The notes under the pieces were generated by a model. It saw nothing but the letters and a program-made list of their open reading frames with translations, was not told the origin of the DNA and made no database searches. Both the position numbers and the translations under genes were made by a program. From a virus (taxonomy: Duplodnaviria > Caudoviricetes), in the IMG/VR virus record IMGVR_UViG_3300028835_000602, positions 1-60,491 of that record: a stretch of DNA of 60,491 nucleotides. One strand, written 5' to 3'. This document shows, one piece after another, positions 51,734 through 60,491 of this stretch. Within the stretch, counting starts at the first letter, position 1, and each line of letters begins with the position of its first letter.

Positions 51734-51934
51734 ATGGTACACCATCACGGGATCACCCATTACAGGTTATTGACCAACGACATCAGGAAGAGCCTGGAGG
51801 TTGAAATCGAAACCTATCTCCAGGGCGGATGGGAGCTTCACGGTGGACCATTCGCAACCGGAAGCATCTACCAAGTCAAACCGGATGGAACCAGATGCGG
51901 GGAGATCGCCCAGGCGGTAATAAAGAGAGGATGA
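51734..51934 (+). CDS. DUF1737-like protein
   Basis: LQGGWELHGGP...AQAV. Confidence 0.7.
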   Translation: MVHHHGITHYRLLTNDIRKSLEVEIETYLQGGWELHGGPFATGSIYQVKPDGTRCGEIAQAVIKRG

Positions 51935-52383
51935 CCAGGAAGATCACAGTCGATTGCTTGTTTGCCGAGGACGGGAGGCTCCGTGCCACCGACGGCCGCT
52001 ACGCCCGGGACAAGGAGGTCATCCAGAGCTTCAACAAGAAACACGCAGGCAAGGAGGGATTTCTGACGCTCCAGGTCGGGGCGCGGTCCAGGCGGTTGAA
52101 GCTGATGAGGTTCTTCCACGGTCCCCTGATCGACGCCTATGTCCGGCTGACCGGAGACCCCGACAGGGAAGCCATAAAGAAGTTCCTGAAGAGGGAGTAC
52201 CTGGTCGAGTATGAGGAGCGCGACGGTAAGATGTTCGCCTACGTGAAGAGCCTGCGGGACGTCTCCGACGCGGAGATGGTGAAGTTCGTCAACGATTGCT
52301 GCGACCGGCTGGCTCACGAGGGGGGGCACCTGACGGAGTACGAGAAGGATGAATGGGACGGCACAAAAACGAAAAAAGAATAG
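51931..52383 (+). CDS. NinB-like protein
   Basis: RS...RFFHG, KSLRDVSDAEMVKFV. Confidence 0.55.
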   Translation: MTRKITVDCLFAEDGRLRATDGRYARDKEVIQSFNKKHAGKEGFLTLQVGARSRRLKLMRFFHGPLIDAYVRLTGDPDREAIKKFLKREYLVEYEERDGKMFAYVKSLRDVSDAEMVKFVNDCCDRLAHEGGHLTEYEKDEWDGTKTKKE

Positions 52384-52393
52384 GGGAATAGAT

Positions 52394-52705
52394 ATGAGCG
52401 GAAACATTATTACACTAACCAGGGAAGAGGCGCTGCCGATTCTGAAGCTCATGCTCCCGAGGATCCTGACGCGTCAGAATGCCCGCGAGACTGCGCGCGC
52501 CCTGGGGATCCCGGTCGGGAAGGACAAGGCCGATACGATACAGAACCTGATCGAGTCTGATGCCGTAGAGAGAGTAACATCATTCAAGACCGCCTTCTCC
52601 CACCCGATATTCATGGGCCTCATGATGGAGGGGGACCGGAAAGTCACGCACCGGGCGATACATATAGATTTATGCGTGGACTTAAAAAAAGAATATCCAG
52701 AATAA
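52394..52705 (+). CDS. hypothetical protein
   Basis: RBS AGGGGA. Confidence 0.6.
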   Translation: MSGNIITLTREEALPILKLMLPRILTRQNARETARALGIPVGKDKADTIQNLIESDAVERVTSFKTAFSHPIFMGLMMEGDRKVTHRAIHIDLCVDLKKEYPE

Positions 52706-52733
52706 ACGGAGCAAAAAAAGAGGAGAGGGGAAA

Positions 52734-52922
52734 ATGGAAGGGATTATTACAGTTAGAATAATGGAAGCTGCACGGCCAGATGGACCGCCAAGGCAAATGC
52801 TGGTGGATCACATAGCGGAACCAGATGTAGAGTGCGCAATTACGGAATGCGAAATTTTATTAAATCACCTAAAAATAAGGCTGAGAAATCTTCAAAAAGG
52901 AGGGAACGATGTACCTGAATAA
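52734..52922 (+). CDS. hypothetical protein
   Basis: RBS GAGGAG. Confidence 0.55.
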   Translation: MEGIITVRIMEAARPDGPPRQMLVDHIAEPDVECAITECEILLNHLKIRLRNLQKGGNDVPE

Positions 52923-54876
52923 CTTCAGACTGACCGGCTTTATGAACCACGTGGATACCTACATCGAGTTCGCAAAGCTGACGTTCATCGATGGAGTGAA
53001 CAACGCTGGCAAGACGGGAATCCTGGACGCTTTCAGCCAGCTTCTGACCGGCCGGAGCTCCCGGATCAATCCGGACAAGGGGGTGGACCGGAGGATTGAC
53101 GGGGGGAAGATCGTCGGGAACATCGAGGACCTGGGCGTGGTAGAGAGGAGGGTCGGGGAGAACGAACTGCAGGTGGCGGATTGGGCGGGGAACCTGACCA
53201 GGCAACAGGACGCACTGTATAAGCACCTGGGAGTCGGGAAGAAGACGGTCCAGGCCATGATGAGCTGGGGGAGCTTCATCGACCTGGCACCGGCGGACCA
53301 AAAGGAGATGGTCTTTTTCCTGCTGAATATAAAGCTACGGCACGACGAGCTGGTGAAGGAGTTCCTGAAGTTCTCGAAGACGGCGGATCCCCTGAACAGG
53401 CTGAATATCGACAAGGATGATTCCATAAACCCAGAGGGCTTCAAGGACATCCTCAAGGTGGTTACCGATGGCCGGAGAGACGCGAAGCGAGATCTGAAGA
53501 AGCTCGAGGCCCAGGAGAGGCCAGCGCTTCCGGAGATCCCAGAGGAGGCCGCGAAGATGAATCTGGAGGGGGCGAAGGAGATATTGCAGGACCTCCGGGA
53601 CAGCAAAGACAAGCTCCTTAAGAACCTGCCGACGGAGGGCGACAAGGAGGCCCTGAGGCAGATCACAGAGCGAGTGAAGGAACTGGAGGAGGAGAAGACG
53701 GCCTGCGACAAGCTGATCGACGGGGACGAGTTCACGAAGCTGGAGGAGCGCAAATCAGAGCTTGAAAGCCAGATATCGGCCCTCCGTACTAAAAAAGAGG
53801 GGATCTCCAGCGAGAAGGCGGCTATGGAGGCCCAAAAGGGCATCCTGGAGGAGACGCTGAGAAAACTCGAGAAGTTCAAGGGCGGATGCCTGGTGATCCC
53901 GTCGGTGGACTGCAACGTCTCGGAGGAGGAGTTGAAGAAACTGAAAAAGGAGACAGGCGCAAAACTGACGAAGCTGAAGAAGGAGCTGACCCCGATGGGC
54001 ACTGCCCTGGGGACAGTGGAGTCCGACATCGACATCATGAGGGAGGAGCTGGAAGGGGCGGGGAAGAAGATGCAACAGATGGCGGAGGCGAAAACCGAGC
54101 GATCAAAGTTGAACCTGAAGCTGGCCGAGAAGAAGATCTCCCTCGAGAAGCTGAGCAAAAGACTTGGGGAGCAGAAGAGCAAGAAGACGGTGCAGGAAGA
54201 GATCGAGCGGATGGGGAAGAGGATAGAGAAGGGGGAGAAGCTGGTCGACGCGGTCAAGGACTTTGACCGGATCGATGGGGACCTGAAGAAGCTCGACGAA
54301 GACCTGGAGGCAAATCGCCAGGAGGTGGCGGACCTGGAGACCCTGGTGGAGGCGTTCGGCCCGAAGGGGATAGTGAAGAATGTTCTGTCGGACCGGATAA
54401 CAATGTTCGAAGACAGGGTCAACGAGACCCTGGAGGTCCTGACGGACGGCCACTACTCTATCGAGATATCCTTGGACCCGGACTTCGAGATACTGGTGAA
54501 CTTCGGGGAGAAAGACAGGCTCTCCCGGCTGCCGCTCTACAAACTTTCCCGCTCGGAGAAGATGCGGGTGGGGCTGAACCTGCAGGCGGCGATCTGCGTG
54601 ATAACGGGGTTCAGCCTGCTGGTCCTCGACGAGGCGGAGATGCTGGCCCCGAGAAACAAGAAACTCCTGAGCAGTTTCCTCCGGAAGATGGTCCTGGGGA
54701 AGGATGCCCCGATCGGACAGGCGATCGTGGTGAAGACGATCACCGAGGAGGACGAGGACGGCCGGCCGGTGTACAAGGCGAAACCCGATACCAAGGACGT
54801 TAAACGCGTCCTGATCGACAACGGGTCTGTGATTGATGCCGAGGAGTTCTCGAAGAGGTACGGGAAGAAAAAATGA
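52909..54876 (+). CDS. Rad50/SbcC-like SMC ATPase
   Basis: Walker A GVNNAGKT, long coiled coil with central C-x6-C, signature LSRSE, Walker B LVLDE. Confidence 0.88.
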   Translation: MYLNNFRLTGFMNHVDTYIEFAKLTFIDGVNNAGKTGILDAFSQLLTGRSSRINPDKGVDRRIDGGKIVGNIEDLGVVERRVGENELQVADWAGNLTRQQDALYKHLGVGKKTVQAMMSWGSFIDLAPADQKEMVFFLLNIKLRHDELVKEFLKFSKTADPLNRLNIDKDDSINPEGFKDILKVVTDGRRDAKRDLKKLEAQERPALPEIPEEAAKMNLEGAKEILQDLRDSKDKLLKNLPTEGDKEALRQITERVKELEEEKTACDKLIDGDEFTKLEERKSELESQISALRTKKEGISSEKAAMEAQKGILEETLRKLEKFKGGCLVIPSVDCNVSEEELKKLKKETGAKLTKLKKELTPMGTALGTVESDIDIMREELEGAGKKMQQMAEAKTERSKLNLKLAEKKISLEKLSKRLGEQKSKKTVQEEIERMGKRIEKGEKLVDAVKDFDRIDGDLKKLDEDLEANRQEVADLETLVEAFGPKGIVKNVLSDRITMFEDRVNETLEVLTDGHYSIEISLDPDFEILVNFGEKDRLSRLPLYKLSRSEKMRVGLNLQAAICVITGFSLLVLDEAEMLAPRNKKLLSSFLRKMVLGKDAPIGQAIVVKTITEEDEDGRPVYKAKPDTKDVKRVLIDNGSVIDAEEFSKRYGKKK

Positions 54877-55328
54877 AAGAACGACCGAAAGACTTTAACA
54901 CCAGGGAAATCCGGGCGATCCTGGAAGACCGGAAGACCCAGTTTAGGTGGGTGATTAAGCCGCCCTTTGAGATTCATCCAAACGGATTTATAACGAGGCC
55001 GAAGGGGACCGATCGCTTCCATCCCTATAAATTCCCCTACGGAATCGGAGATATTATCTGGGCAAGGGAGGCTTGGGATTTTCGTCCAATGGCAAGACGC
55101 TCGGCGATAATTGGATATAAAGCCGATGGTTGTACCCGAGGCGTTACTGTTCCCGATAATTGGAGTGGAGTAGTCTATGATGATAGGACGAGAACGCGCC
55201 CCTCAATTACTATGCCCCGCTGGGCCTCAAGAATCACGCTGGAGATAACGAATATCCGGGTGGAGTGGTCGAGCAATCCACCGGTCGGGATAAGCGAATT
55301 CCAGCTAATTAAAGAGGGAAGCAAATGA
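54873..55328 (+). CDS. ASCH-like phage protein
   Basis: AILEDRKTQFR, PYGIGDIIWARE, PSITMPRWASRITLEIT. Confidence 0.7.
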   Translation: MKERPKDFNTREIRAILEDRKTQFRWVIKPPFEIHPNGFITRPKGTDRFHPYKFPYGIGDIIWAREAWDFRPMARRSAIIGYKADGCTRGVTVPDNWSGVVYDDRTRTRPSITMPRWASRITLEITNIRVEWSSNPPVGISEFQLIKEGSK

Positions 55329-56689
55329 CACAAAAAAGATTGCCGGAAGGGGTCCGGTGCCCCCCGCACAACCTGGAAGCGGAGATGAGCGTTCTGGGGG
55401 CGATGCTCCTGGACAAGGATACCATCCCCAGGGTGCTGGAGGAGATCGACATCGACTGCTTCTACCGGGACGCCCACCGGAAGATCTTCGAGGCGATCAT
55501 CCGGCTCTACGAGGAGAGGGAACCAGCGGACGTGGTGATGATGACGGAGGAGTTGCGGAAGACCGGGGACCTGGAGAAAGTCGGCGGCCCGGAATACATC
55601 ACCACGCTGATCAACTACATCCCGACGACGGCCCACCTGGAATCCTACATGAGGATACTACTCGACAAGTCCACGCTGCGGAAGCTGATATCGACGGCGA
55701 CGATCGCGATCAACCAGTCCTACGACGAGAAGGTGGAGGTCAGGGCACTGCTGGACGAGGTCGAGGGGCAGTTCTTCACCCTGACCAGGCAGGAGACGAG
55801 CCGCGAGATAGAACCGATGCGGCAGCTGATGAAGGGGGCCATGGACACGATCGAGAAGCTGGAGAGCAGCGACGGGATGGTGACGGGGCTGAGCACCGGT
55901 TACAGGGACTTCGACGCGTTGACCTGCGGGATGCAGCACTCGAACCTGATAGTGATAGCCGGCCGGCCGTCGATGGGAAAGACGGCGCTGGCGCTGGGAA
56001 TAGCGGAGTACGTGGCATTGAGAGAGGGGAAGGCGGTGGGGATCTTCAGTCTGGAGATGACGCGGGAAGAGATGGCGCTCCGGCTGATCTCATCCTATGC
56101 GAAGATCAACGCGCAGAATATGCGGCGGGGGTTCCTGTCAAACAATGACCGGAACAACCTGATACTGGCGGCCAAAAAACTGTCGGATGCCCCGATATAC
56201 ATAGATGACAAGCCGTCGCTGACGAACCTGGTACTGCGGGCCAAGGCCCGGAACATGAAGATCCGGTACGACATCGATCTGCTGATAGTCGACTACATGC
56301 AGCTCCTCCAGGCGACGACCGGCCGGAGGGAGGGCCGGCAACAGGAGGTATCGGACATATCGAGGTCCCTAAAAAACTTGGCCCGGGAGCTGGGGATCCC
56401 GATCATCGTGCTATCACAACTCAACCGGGAAGTGGAGAACCGCCCGGACCGGAAGCCGCGGCTTTCAGACCTGCGGGAGTCGGGGGCGATCGAGCAGGAT
56501 GCGGACATCGTGGCACTGATGATGCGGCCGGGATTCTACCCGGACCTGGTGGCGGACGACGCGAACCTGGTAGGGATGGCCTTCTTGAATATAGCAAAGC
56601 AGCGGAACGGTCCGACCGGAGAGATCAAGCTGCGGTTCCTGGAGAAGCATACGCGGTTTGAGGACTATACCGAAATGAGGGAAGAATGA
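55325..56689 (+). CDS. dnaB: replicative DNA helicase
   Basis: PPHNLEAE, GRPSMGKT, IVDYMQL, SQLNR, DLRESGAIEQDAD, KQRNGP. Confidence 0.97.
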   Translation: MTQKRLPEGVRCPPHNLEAEMSVLGAMLLDKDTIPRVLEEIDIDCFYRDAHRKIFEAIIRLYEEREPADVVMMTEELRKTGDLEKVGGPEYITTLINYIPTTAHLESYMRILLDKSTLRKLISTATIAINQSYDEKVEVRALLDEVEGQFFTLTRQETSREIEPMRQLMKGAMDTIEKLESSDGMVTGLSTGYRDFDALTCGMQHSNLIVIAGRPSMGKTALALGIAEYVALREGKAVGIFSLEMTREEMALRLISSYAKINAQNMRRGFLSNNDRNNLILAAKKLSDAPIYIDDKPSLTNLVLRAKARNMKIRYDIDLLIVDYMQLLQATTGRREGRQQEVSDISRSLKNLARELGIPIIVLSQLNREVENRPDRKPRLSDLRESGAIEQDADIVALMMRPGFYPDLVADDANLVGMAFLNIAKQRNGPTGEIKLRFLEKHTRFEDYTEMREE

Positions 56690-56692
56690 AAG

Positions 56693-56778
56693 AGAGTGGG
56701 GCGGTGGTTCCCGGTTTGGACACCTCCTTGTCCGGGCGTCGAGCGCACCTTCCAGCGCAATCCCCGCCGCCCCGCTCT
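56693..56778 (+). ncRNA. candidate structured RNA with anti-SD loops
   Basis: 15-bp closing stem; inner hairpins with loops CCTCCT and ACCTTCCA. Confidence 0.55.
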
Positions 56779-56792
56779 TTAAAGGATAGAAG

Positions 56793-57059
56793 GTGAAGAA
56801 GCTGACAATTAGATACGTTGTAAGCCTCGCATTGAGGGCCATCATAGCCCGGATTCTCCTCATGGGCGTTCTGGTGATCGTAGCCCTCCGGGGGTGCCGT
56901 TGCCCAAAGTGTGGGGGGAGGCTGAGGAGAAAGAACTGTCCGATGGCGACCGCCCAGGGCCGGGAATGTTTTCCGCACTGTGGGTGCGGGAAGACCCATC
57001 AATGTGCCAGGTGCTTCTCCTGGTTCGACGACAAGGAGCTGCGGAAGACCGAACGATGA
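56793..57059 (+). CDS. Cys-rich protein with TM segment
   Basis: Hydrophobic N-terminus and multiple CxxC. Confidence 0.5.
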   Translation: MKKLTIRYVVSLALRAIIARILLMGVLVIVALRGCRCPKCGGRLRRKNCPMATAQGRECFPHCGCGKTHQCARCFSWFDDKELRKTER

Positions 57060-57586
57060 ACAACAAGCTCGAAGAGAAACTGAAGAAGCTACTCACGCTG
57101 GCTGAGCGGGGGATTGATGGGGAGAAGGACAACGCCCGGGAACTGCTGGAGATCCTGCTGAAGAAGCACGGCCTGACGATCGAGGACATCGAGCAGGAGG
57201 ACCGCTACATGTTCATGTTCGGGTACGAGGGGGAGACGCAGAAGCAGCTCCTGGGCCAGGTGATCAGCAAGGTCCTGGAGCTCGAGGCGGAGGATATGGA
57301 CAGGATACGGGAGAAGGCCGATCAGAATGCCCTGGGGGCGGAGATGACGCGGGGCCAGATGGTGGAGGTGGACTTCGTATTCCGGGTTTACCGGGAGGCC
57401 ATGCAGGAGGAGCTGAAGCTTTTCCTGCTCGCCTTCGTCAGCCGGCACGGACTGGTACCGAAGGGGGACGGAGCCCACTCGGATGGGAAGGTCTACGACT
57501 TCCTGGACTTGGAGAAGATCAGGATAATCGCCAGGCTGATGAAGCCGGTGACAATAAAGAAGGAGATAGCCGATGAAGTGGAGTAG
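57056..57586 (+). CDS. DUF2786-like domain protein
   Basis: KLKKLLTLAERG..GEKDNA...LLKKHGL. Confidence 0.7.
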   Translation: MNNKLEEKLKKLLTLAERGIDGEKDNARELLEILLKKHGLTIEDIEQEDRYMFMFGYEGETQKQLLGQVISKVLELEAEDMDRIREKADQNALGAEMTRGQMVEVDFVFRVYREAMQEELKLFLLAFVSRHGLVPKGDGAHSDGKVYDFLDLEKIRIIARLMKPVTIKKEIADEVE

Positions 57587-57788
57587 AAAGTCATGGTGGG
57601 CGGCATTGCTCGGAGCAGCTACCGGGACGCAGATAGGGCCCTTCGCGACGACGGATACTAAGATCAGGGCTCCCAAGTATAAGCGTGGGCGCCCAGACAA
57701 GGAGACCCCTCCCCGGGCCTTCGGAAGGCCGGGGTGGTCCCGGGGTACCAAGATGAAGTGGAGAAACAGGACGCTCTGGTCGTCTTGA
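57573..57788 (+). CDS. hypothetical protein
   Basis: RBS AAGGAG. Confidence 0.5.
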   Translation: MKWSRKSWWAALLGAATGTQIGPFATTDTKIRAPKYKRGRPDKETPPRAFGRPGWSRGTKMKWRNRTLWSS

Positions 57789-57819
57789 AGATGCCAGTAG
57801 AAGACTTTGAGGAGGCGAT

Positions 57820-58110
57820 ATGACCGACGAACTTAGGCGAGAAAAGGACCGGCTCTCAATCGTGGTGGATAGATTCGCAGAGGAGATGAAGGAAAAACTC
57901 TACGAAAAGGCGGAGGAAGGGTTCAGGGGATGGGACGAATGTTCGCCGGGAGATGACGAACTCGATGAGATCATGAAGAAGCTGGTCCGCCACACGATAG
58001 CAATAGCCTTTGACGGAGAAGATGAGGCGATCGACGTTGCGAACCTCGCAATGATGATCTGGCTTTCGGACTTTAATGAGCCAGCAAAATTCGGGATCCT
58101 CAGACCATGA
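57820..58110 (+). CDS. hypothetical phage protein (MazG-like helical pattern)
   Basis: MKEKL...GW...EAIDVANLAMM. Confidence 0.7.
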   Translation: MTDELRREKDRLSIVVDRFAEEMKEKLYEKAEEGFRGWDECSPGDDELDEIMKKLVRHTIAIAFDGEDEAIDVANLAMMIWLSDFNEPAKFGILRP

Positions 58111-58433
58111 ACATCCAGTGGTACAACCATATCCTCGGCCGGCTTGAGTTCCCCCAGGAACACAAGATCAGGAAGATCCTGGAGAACGACTGCCTGCAGG
58201 AGATCCCGGATGGGGACGGGTGGATCTGCAAGCCGATCGAGGGGTACAATACCCGGACCTATACCATGACACCGGCCCCGGACGGCTTCAACTGCAACTG
58301 CCAGGGATTCCAGAAGAAGCTGAGGGATGGGAAGATCACGCCGTACTGTTCACACGTTAACGCGTTGAGGATCTGGCTGGAGGTCCACGGCGGACCGGGC
58401 CAGGAACAACGGCAGCTTTCACTTGGAGGATGA
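58107..58433 (+). CDS. SWIM zinc-finger protein
   Basis: CNC...CSH. Confidence 0.75.
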   Translation: MNIQWYNHILGRLEFPQEHKIRKILENDCLQEIPDGDGWICKPIEGYNTRTYTMTPAPDGFNCNCQGFQKKLRDGKITPYCSHVNALRIWLEVHGGPGQEQRQLSLGG

Positions 58434-58437
58434 GAAT

Positions 58438-58647
58438 ATGAAACTACACCCGCGGGAAAAGAACGTCAGGGAAGCCGAATTAAAGCTATCGAAATTTTTG
58501 ATTGAACTCCAAAAAGAGCTGACCCCAGGAGAATATTTACGGGTCGTAGCTGGAAAACTGAGCGACACGTGGGGATCGACAGCGAAGTATATTATACGGG
58601 AGGAGCGCCATCCCGGAGAACCAGATAAACCAGGTGGGCTTGAATAG
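58438..58647 (+). CDS. hypothetical protein
   Basis: RBS GGAGG. Confidence 0.6.
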   Translation: MKLHPREKNVREAELKLSKFLIELQKELTPGEYLRVVAGKLSDTWGSTAKYIIREERHPGEPDKPGGLE

Positions 58648-58661
58648 GAAAGGAGTCAGAA

Positions 58662-59720
58662 GTGAGGCCGATATTTATAGATGGAGACAGATTCACAAAC
58701 GATCCCTGGTACTGCCAGCTCTCGCCGGTCGCCGCGCACCTGTACGACTTCATGGAGTCGAACTGCGACCGGGCCGGCTTTTACGTGTGGAACATTCAGC
58801 AAGTTTCGACGCTGCTGAAGTACAACATGGCGCAGCTGAACGAGGCGTTGCCCGAGATGCTGAGGACGCGGGATCCGGAGAACGGTCAGAGGGTTTACAT
58901 GGAGGGGAGCGTGATATACCTGCACCACCGGCTGAACGTCTCGGACCCGAACGGGCTGATGGTGACGTCGAACGCTCATATCGGGATAATCAAGAAGCTG
59001 ATCCGGAAGGCGCCGGACTTCCCGGAGTGCATGAAGCACCTGCCGGGGACGTTCGCGGAGGTGAGCAAGGAAGCGCGGGAGAGGATGGCGGGATTGCTGA
59101 AGGCCAAGAAGAAACCGAAGGCCCTCCAATCGCTGATAAACACGATCGAGGCGGCCCTGAGGAGCCCCCAGGACCCGCAGGAACTCCAAGGGATGCAACA
59201 GAGCCTGGCGTTCGAGGAGACGGTTCCCAAGGAGGTTATCACGTGTATGCAACTGCTGAAGCGGCAGCCGGGATACCACTTCAACCAGGAGGTGGACAGG
59301 CGGTTCCTCCTGGACCTGATGGTGGAGTTTAAGTTTTCGGAAGGGGACCTGACAGAAGTTGCAAAGGACGTAATAGCCAGCTGGATCGACGAGCCGATCG
59401 TGAAGGGGAGCAGACCCCACTCGAAGATCAGGAACTGGTGCAGGGCGCGGTGTAACCGCAAGAAGCGGGACGAGGTCGGAAGATCGACGTGGAAGGAACC
59501 CAGCCCCGGGACGACGGCCAGGATCGACCAGGAGAAGAAGGAGGAGGAGCAGATTGCTAAAGAACGGGAGTGGATGAGCAAGCACTGCGAGGAGAAGGAC
59601 ATCGAGACAGTGACGAAGAAATTCAAATGCAGCCGCGGGGTGGCGATCTGGTTTATGAACCAGGCCCGGCGCCGGCTTAAACTGGAACCGCTCGAGGGAG
59701 CGAAGGACCCGACGGAATAA
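58662..59720 (+). CDS. replication initiator/replisome organizer-like protein
   Basis: DPWYCQLSP...NCDRAGFY N-terminal wHTH pattern; C-terminal HSKIRNW; near dnaB. Confidence 0.65.
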   Translation: MRPIFIDGDRFTNDPWYCQLSPVAAHLYDFMESNCDRAGFYVWNIQQVSTLLKYNMAQLNEALPEMLRTRDPENGQRVYMEGSVIYLHHRLNVSDPNGLMVTSNAHIGIIKKLIRKAPDFPECMKHLPGTFAEVSKEARERMAGLLKAKKKPKALQSLINTIEAALRSPQDPQELQGMQQSLAFEETVPKEVITCMQLLKRQPGYHFNQEVDRRFLLDLMVEFKFSEGDLTEVAKDVIASWIDEPIVKGSRPHSKIRNWCRARCNRKKRDEVGRSTWKEPSPGTTARIDQEKKEEEQIAKEREWMSKHCEEKDIETVTKKFKCSRGVAIWFMNQARRRLKLEPLEGAKDPTE

Positions 59721-59731
59721 AGGAGGACGCG

Positions 59732-60019
59732 ATGATAAAGCTAAGGAGGATAAGTTTCGACGATGCGATCGATCTGCTGAAGAAGAACGGCACGCGGGAG
59801 GAGGTCGTGAAGAGGGCGATACTGATGGCGAGGGGGAAGCCGATCTATTGGGGCGACGATAACGGCCTGAAGTTCATCCTCGTCCGGGTTGGAAACAAGT
59901 CGAGGGAGCGGTTCGGGATCTCGAAGCGATGCACCTACCGGAAGCGCGGGGTGGATCCCTACAACTTGTCCATCGGATTCTCGATCGCCTTCCTACGGGC
60001 ACTTGATTTAAAGGAGTAA
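59732..60019 (+). CDS. hypothetical protein
   Basis: RBS AAGGAGG. Confidence 0.7.
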   Translation: MIKLRRISFDDAIDLLKKNGTREEVVKRAILMARGKPIYWGDDNGLKFILVRVGNKSRERFGISKRCTYRKRGVDPYNLSIGFSIAFLRALDLKE

Positions 60020-60023
60020 TGAG

Positions 60024-60491
60024 ATGAGCAAAATAGAATTTATTCCAACAGATCCCCTCCTGGAAATAGGTGAGTGGGAAAGGCGATCAGGCAGAAAGAT
60101 AAACGACGAGGGACTCTTGAACAGGGAGTCACTGGTTTATGGGGCAACCTTCGACCAGCTCGAGGACTACTTCCGGAAGGGGCCGGGAAGCATACCAATA
60201 CCCCCTCTACCCCTACCCCCCCCGACGAGGGACGTGAAGACGGGAGGGGGAAAGCCGCCGCCCCGGATCATAAAGACCAAGCGGATCGACGAGAGGGCCA
60301 GGCACTCTAAGGACCTGGAAATAATCGACGAGGCCTCGATGGTGGCGATCGAGGAAATAGCGCGAGCCATGGGAAGACGGATCCGGAAGATAGTGAAACC
60401 GCAGCCGAAGTACATGTCGCGGCGGATCTGGAACTGGTGCCTGGCGAGAATGGTAGTAATCAAAGCCGCCCCCATGGGCCTGGTATGTTCC
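60024..60491 (+). CDS. hypothetical protein wrapping the window end
   Basis: RBS AAGGAG; 156 open codons ending exactly at 60491; positions 1-3 are TAG. Confidence 0.7.
   Translation, partial: MSKIEFIPTDPLLEIGEWERRSGRKINDEGLLNRESLVYGATFDQLEDYFRKGPGSIPIPPLPLPPPTRDVKTGGGKPPPRIIKTKRIDERARHSKDLEIIDEASMVAIEEIARAMGRRIRKIVKPQPKYMSRRIWNWCLARMVVIKAAPMGLVCS

Noticed and set aside
6740-59626. Long minus-strand ORFs (e.g. 6769-8448, 8391-9752, 25136-26698, 52959-54422)
   Set aside because: They are antisense shadows of GC-rich + strand genes, with no recognisable motifs
1-60491. Stop-codon reassignment, integrase, reverse transcriptase/DGR, introns or inteins
   Set aside because: Core genes are intact under the standard code and use all three stops; no such motifs were recognised; terL and dnaB have normal lengths

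Overview
This window looks like a complete, circularly permuted ~60.5 kb genome of a long-tailed (sipho-like) dsDNA phage. The last ORF (60024-60491) runs open to the edge and would be closed by the TAG at positions 1-3. Essentially all real genes are on the + strand. Gene order: ParB, RusA and two C5 DNA methyltransferases (0-9.8 kb); terminase, portal, protease/scaffold and capsid (9.8-19.8 kb); exported proteins and a triple glycosyltransferase among the neck genes (19.9-28.6 kb); tail module with GroES and a tmRNA (28.6-42.2 kb); methyl/glycosyltransferases, a permuted papain amidase and a holin-like gene (42.4-45.8 kb); early, recombination and replication genes (46.2-60.5 kb). No integrase was seen. 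Highlights: (1) a promoter-sRNA-terminator unit (6275-6404) antisense to the CAACCAAAGGAG RBS motif of the phage's own early genes; (2) two inverted copies of an origin-like element at almost exactly opposite points of the circle; (3) a C5 methyltransferase with an apparent ATA start and a nested second-frame partner; (4) a Thr-Pro mucin-like exported protein alongside five GT2 domains; (5) several candidate structured RNAs, including a tRNA-like molecule with a broken anticodon loop. All family calls come from motif recognition by eye, not database searches.
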